NCBI GenBank assembly: GCA_002687175.1
Contig: NYZP01000002.1
Coordinates: 1,171-65,170, forward strand
DNA: 64,000 bases
Direction of reading: 5' to 3'
From: Parcubacteria group bacterium
GTDB taxonomy: Bacteria; Patescibacteriota; Patescibacteriia; Buchananbacterales; UBA6539
Part shown: piece by piece, positions 60,593-64,000 of the stretch
Numbering within the stretch: the first letter of the stretch is position 1
Layout of the letters: each line of letters opens with the position of its first letter
Position numbers and translations under genes: made by a program
Notes under the pieces: model-generated
What the model saw: only the letters and a program-made list of their open reading frames with translations
What the model was told of the DNA's origin: nothing
Databases searched by the model: none

Positions 60593-63202
60593 TTAAATGA
60601 ATGTAGTTGAGGCTACTTTATCACCACTTTCTTTAAACTTCATTAGTCTAACCCCTTGGGTAGCTCGGCCTAGAATATTAACTGATTTAAGGGGTAATCG
60701 AATAACTTGTCCTTTAGCCGAAATAATAATCATATCTTCGTCAACGGCTTGGGAATTGACAACAGTAGCGGCAACTATATTACCAGTTTTTGAGGTAATT
60801 TTAGCTGTTTTAATGCCAGAACCACCACGTCCCTGGGTTTTATAGTTGGTTAGCGCACTACGCTTACCATAGCCGTTAGCCATAATGGTTAAAAGTTGAG
60901 CTACTTTAACCAGAGTAGAATCAACGACCTCCATACTGACTACCCGGTCGTCTCCTTTCAAACGGATACCTCTAACCCCAGAAGCTGCTCGGCCCATTGG
61001 TCTAACTTGACTTTCTTTAAATCTAATAGCTTGACCGTGGGAGGAAACTAAAATAATTTCATCTTTACCAGTAGACGGTTTAACCCATTCTAGCTCGTCA
61101 TTTTTGCGTAAGCGAATGGCAATTAATCCAGATCGACGAATATTATCAAAGTCAGTTAAATCAACTTTTTTAATGTTTCCTTTGGTGGTAACCATCATTA
61201 AAAATTTGTAGTCACCCAGCTCACTTAGTGGTAAAGCCGCTGAAATTTTTTCTTCTGGCGCTAACTGTAAGAAATTAACAATCGCTTGTCCCTTGGCAGT
61301 TCGGGAACCTTTAGGAATATCATAAGCCTTAAGTTGAAAAACTCGTCCCTTGGTGGTGAAAAATAAAATGTCAGAATGGGTGGTGGTGGTGAAAAAATGT
61401 TCGACCACGTCTTCTTCTTTGGTAGTTAAGCCAACTACTCCTTTGCCTCCCCGACTCTGAGTTTTGAAAGTCTCTGGCGGTAGTCGTTTAATGTAGCCAT
61501 CCTTCGTTACCGTAACAATAGTGTCTTCATCAGGAATAAGATCTTCAACTGAAAAACTTTTTGCACCATGGGCCACAATTTGTGTTCTTCTTTCATTAGA
61601 GAATTTATCTTTAATTTCCGTTAGTTCTTTTTTAATAATGGAAAGAATTTTTTTGGAAGATTTTAAAATTGCTTCTAAGTCTTTGATCAACGCTAATTTT
61701 TCCTTAAGCTCTTGCTCAATTTTCATTCTTTCTAAGTTAGCCAGTTGTTGTAATCGCATTTCTAAAATGGCAACAGCTTGACGATCTGACAGTTTGAATT
61801 TTTTGATTAAATTAACTTTAGCAATTTCCTTATCCTTAGAAGCCTTAATAGTTTTAATGATGGCATCGATTTTAGCCAGCGCCATTTTTAATCCTTGTAG
61901 GATGTGGGCTCGATTTTTGGCCTTGGTTAAATCAAATTGGGTTCTGGCCCGAACTACAACCTGTCGATGTTTAATGTATTCTTCTAAAATCATTTTCAAG
62001 GTTAGCACTCTTGGCTGAATGCCATCGATTAAGGCTAACATGTTTGAATGGAAAGTTGTTTGAAGATCAGTTAATTTAAATAAACTGTTTAAAATCTTTT
62101 TAGGATAAGCATCCTTTTTTAATTCAATGGCAATGCGGACACCTTCTTTTGAAGACTCATCTCGTAAATCTTTAATGCCATCCAGTTTCTTATCTTTAAC
62201 TAACTCGGCAATTTTTTCAACCACAGAAGCTTTGTTAACTTGATATGGTACTTCCGAAACGATAATTTTAAAAGTGCCACTTTTGGTTTCAATTATTTCG
62301 GTTTTAGCTCTAGTGACAACACCACCCTTACCAGTGGCATACATTTGTTTAATTTCTTTAACATCATAAATAATTCCACCGGTTGGAAAATCGGGTCCTT
62401 TAATTAATTCAAACAAATCGTCAATGGTAGCGTCTGGATTATCAATTAAATGAATTGTACCATCAACAATTTCTCCAAGGTTATGGGGGGCAATGCTGGT
62501 GGCCATACCAACCGCAATACCCATGGTGCCATTAATTAAGAGGTTGGGCAGTTTTGCCGGTAAGACAGTAGGTTCCTTATGACTACCATCATAATTTGGT
62601 ATAAAATCAACAGTCTCTTTTTCAATATCAGTTAAAAGTTCTTCGGAAACGTGGGCTAATTTAGCCTCAGTATAACGCATGGCAGCTGCTCGATCACCAT
62701 CCATTGAACCAAAGTTTCCTTGCCCTTTAACCAACGGATAACGCAAAGAAAAGTCCTGGGCCATTCGAACCATTGAGTCATATACTGCCACATCACCGTG
62801 AGGGTGGTATTTACCTAGCACTTCACCAACTACCGTGGCCGATTTTCTAAATTTAGCTGAAGGCCTTAAGCCTAAATTCCACATGGCATACAAAATTCGA
62901 CGGTGGACTGGTTTTAGACCATCGCGAACATCTGGCAAGGCTCGGGCAACAATTACTGACATCGCATAGTCAAGATAAGATTCTTTCATCTCCTCGACGA
63001 TTGGGCGCTTTACCAATTTACCAACTCCTTCTCTAGAGGACTCAGTAATTTCTGGTTTTACTGGAGGTTTAATCCCAGCTGAATCAGTATTCTTAAATTC
63101 GTCTTTTGCCTTACCTTCAGACTTACCTTTGTTCGTAGCCTTATTTTTTGAGCTAGATTTTTTAGGCTTAGAGGAATTTGATTTTTTTATCTTTTTTGCC
63201 AT
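60593..63202 (-). CDS. gyrA: DNA gyrase subunit A with a basic N-terminal extension.
   Basis: Catalytic Tyr region ([10 protein letters not shown]), QRDR context and C-terminal beta-pinwheel repeats. Confidence 0.95.
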   Translation of the reverse strand: MAKKIKKSNSSKPKKSSSKNKATNKGKSEGKAKDEFKNTDSAGIKPPVKPEITESSREGVGKLVKRPIVEEMKESYLDYAMSVIVARALPDVRDGLKPVHRRILYAMWNLGLRPSAKFRKSATVVGEVLGKYHPHGDVAVYDSMVRMAQDFSLRYPLVKGQGNFGSMDGDRAAAMRYTEAKLAHVSEELLTDIEKETVDFIPNYDGSHKEPTVLPAKLPNLLINGTMGIAVGMATSIAPHNLGEIVDGTIHLIDNPDATIDDLFELIKGPDFPTGGIIYDVKEIKQMYATGKGGVVTRAKTEIIETKSGTFKIIVSEVPYQVNKASVVEKIAELVKDKKLDGIKDLRDESSKEGVRIAIELKKDAYPKKILNSLFKLTDLQTTFHSNMLALIDGIQPRVLTLKMILEEYIKHRQVVVRARTQFDLTKAKNRAHILQGLKMALAKIDAIIKTIKASKDKEIAKVNLIKKFKLSDRQAVAILEMRLQQLANLERMKIEQELKEKLALIKDLEAILKSSKKILSIIKKELTEIKDKFSNERRTQIVAHGAKSFSVEDLIPDEDTIVTVTKDGYIKRLPPETFKTQSRGGKGVVGLTTKEEDVVEHFFTTTTHSDILFFTTKGRVFQLKAYDIPKGSRTAKGQAIVNFLQLAPEEKISAALPLSELGDYKFLMMVTTKGNIKKVDLTDFDNIRRSGLIAIRLRKNDELEWVKPSTGKDEIILVSSHGQAIRFKESQVRPMGRAASGVRGIRLKGDDRVVSMEVVDSTLVKVAQLLTIMANGYGKRSALTNYKTQGRGGSGIKTAKITSKTGNIVAATVVNSQAVDEDMIIISAKGQVIRLPLKSVNILGRATQGVRLMKFKESGDKVASTTFI

Positions 63203-63205
63203 AGT

Positions 63206-63577
63206 TTAGTTAGATTTTTTTTCCAAAAGTTTTTCTTTAAGTAGTTCTATTTCTGCTTCAGAAATTTCAGTCGATGGTTCAGCGGTATCTGCTTCTAATT
63301 CAATTTGCTCAACGGTGTCTTTTATTGTTTGGATGCCAGTTCTAGTGGAATCAATTAATTGATTTAAATCTTGTTGAATAAGTTGTAGGTCTTCGTTGCT
63401 ACTGTCAGTTTGTTCGACATTTGATTTCAATGATACTTTTAATGATAAAAGCCAAAGTGAAATTATTGTTACCATTAAAACTATTAAAGTTACTTTAAAA
63501 ATTATTTTACGCGTACTTTCCGGAAGCTTCTCAATAGTTGATTTATTCTGATTTTTGTCTGGAGGTTCGGCCGACAT
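63206..63577 (-). CDS. Hypothetical membrane-anchored coiled-coil protein.
   Basis: One TM helix and acidic coiled-coil segments. ORF-level support only. Confidence 0.4.
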   Translation of the reverse strand: MSAEPPDKNQNKSTIEKLPESTRKIIFKVTLIVLMVTIISLWLLSLKVSLKSNVEQTDSSNEDLQLIQQDLNQLIDSTRTGIQTIKDTVEQIELEADTAEPSTEISEAEIELLKEKLLEKKSN

Positions 63578-63581
63578 AAAT

Positions 63582-64000
63582 TTATGGTTGCATAATCACC
63601 ACTTTTAATTCGCCACTAGGTAAATCTTTTTTTGTAATTTTAAATTTATTCAGCTCCTCGGTTGGGCAGGCACCAAATTCTTTACAAAACGTGCTAACTG
63701 GATCAATTTTTTTTGGTATCTTTAAACCTTTCAAATTGTAATGCATTGGAATAACTATTCGTGGCTCTAATTGAGCAATAATTTCAGTCGCTTGTTTGGC
63801 ATTAATGGTGTAAGTTCCACCAACTGGAATCATTAAAATGTCAGTACCTTCTAATTTTCCTGTCTGGCCATTAGCTAGAACATGACCCAAGTCTCCTAAA
63901 TGTGTGATACTGACACCATCAATATCAATCCGATAGATAATGTTAGGACCTCTTTCAGCACCTTCTTTATTATCATGCCATGATGGAATTCCTTGAATAA
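63582..64000 (-). CDS. MBL-fold metallo-hydrolase. The N-terminus lies beyond the window end.
   Basis: The frame continues past 63890 through ...WHDNKEGAERGPNIIYRIDIDGVSITHLGDLGHV, the beta-lactamase-fold HxHxDH region. Confidence 0.6.
   Translation of the reverse strand, partial: IQGIPSWHDNKEGAERGPNIIYRIDIDGVSITHLGDLGHVLANGQTGKLEGTDILMIPVGGTYTINAKQATEIIAQLEPRIVIPMHYNLKGLKIPKKIDPVSTFCKEFGACPTEELNKFKITKKDLPSGELKVVIMQP

Overview
The window is a low-GC, gene-dense bacterial chromosome segment that looks CPR/Patescibacteria-like. Evidence for that placement: the AT-rich backbone, a GxxExxY protein, a four-helix-bundle protein, pilT, a truncated SMC, and a 16S rRNA not followed by 23S. It spans the replication-origin neighbourhood: dnaN-dnaA on the minus strand with DnaA-box-like motifs in the dnaA-dnaN spacer, and the divergent rpmH-rnpA-yidD-(GxxExxY)-yidC cluster. 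Other housekeeping content includes PBP1A, polA, an Rrf2 regulator with the sufCBDSU Fe-S operon, a short SMC, rpsP-KH-trmD, one 16S rRNA gene, seven tRNAs, infB-rbfA-nrnA-clpP, rny-ymdB, HU, pilT, and rnc-nusB-rpmF-gyrA.

Several mid-GC islands sit on this backbone and look foreign:
- a 728-aa membrane protein with a DUF2325-like C-terminus;
- a 229-aa unknown protein preceded by a perfect 15-bp inverted repeat;
- a pentapeptide-repeat plus DapA-like gene pair;
- a protein with tandem Zalpha-like winged helices;
- a 137-aa unknown gene wedged between the 16S gene and a tRNA cluster;
- a promoterless pyrD 3' fragment.

Other notable structure:
- a family of stop-rich tandem heptamer/octamer repeats placed immediately upstream of start codons;
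- a double-hairpin repeat element present in-frame inside trmD and again after the 16S gene, with compensatory stem changes;
- a GIY-YIG gene bracketed by perfect 28-bp inverted repeats between two tRNAs;
- partial duplications of tRNA 5' ends;
- three disrupted or non-canonical small genes (rpmH homopolymer frameshift, in-frame TAG in a DUF2628 gene, DUF2061 gene without ATG);
- candidate small-RNA loci.

No CRISPR array, transposase or canonical defense operon was recognised. The compositional islands and repeat families are the best candidates for something new. All calls rest on reading the sequence by eye; no database search was possible.
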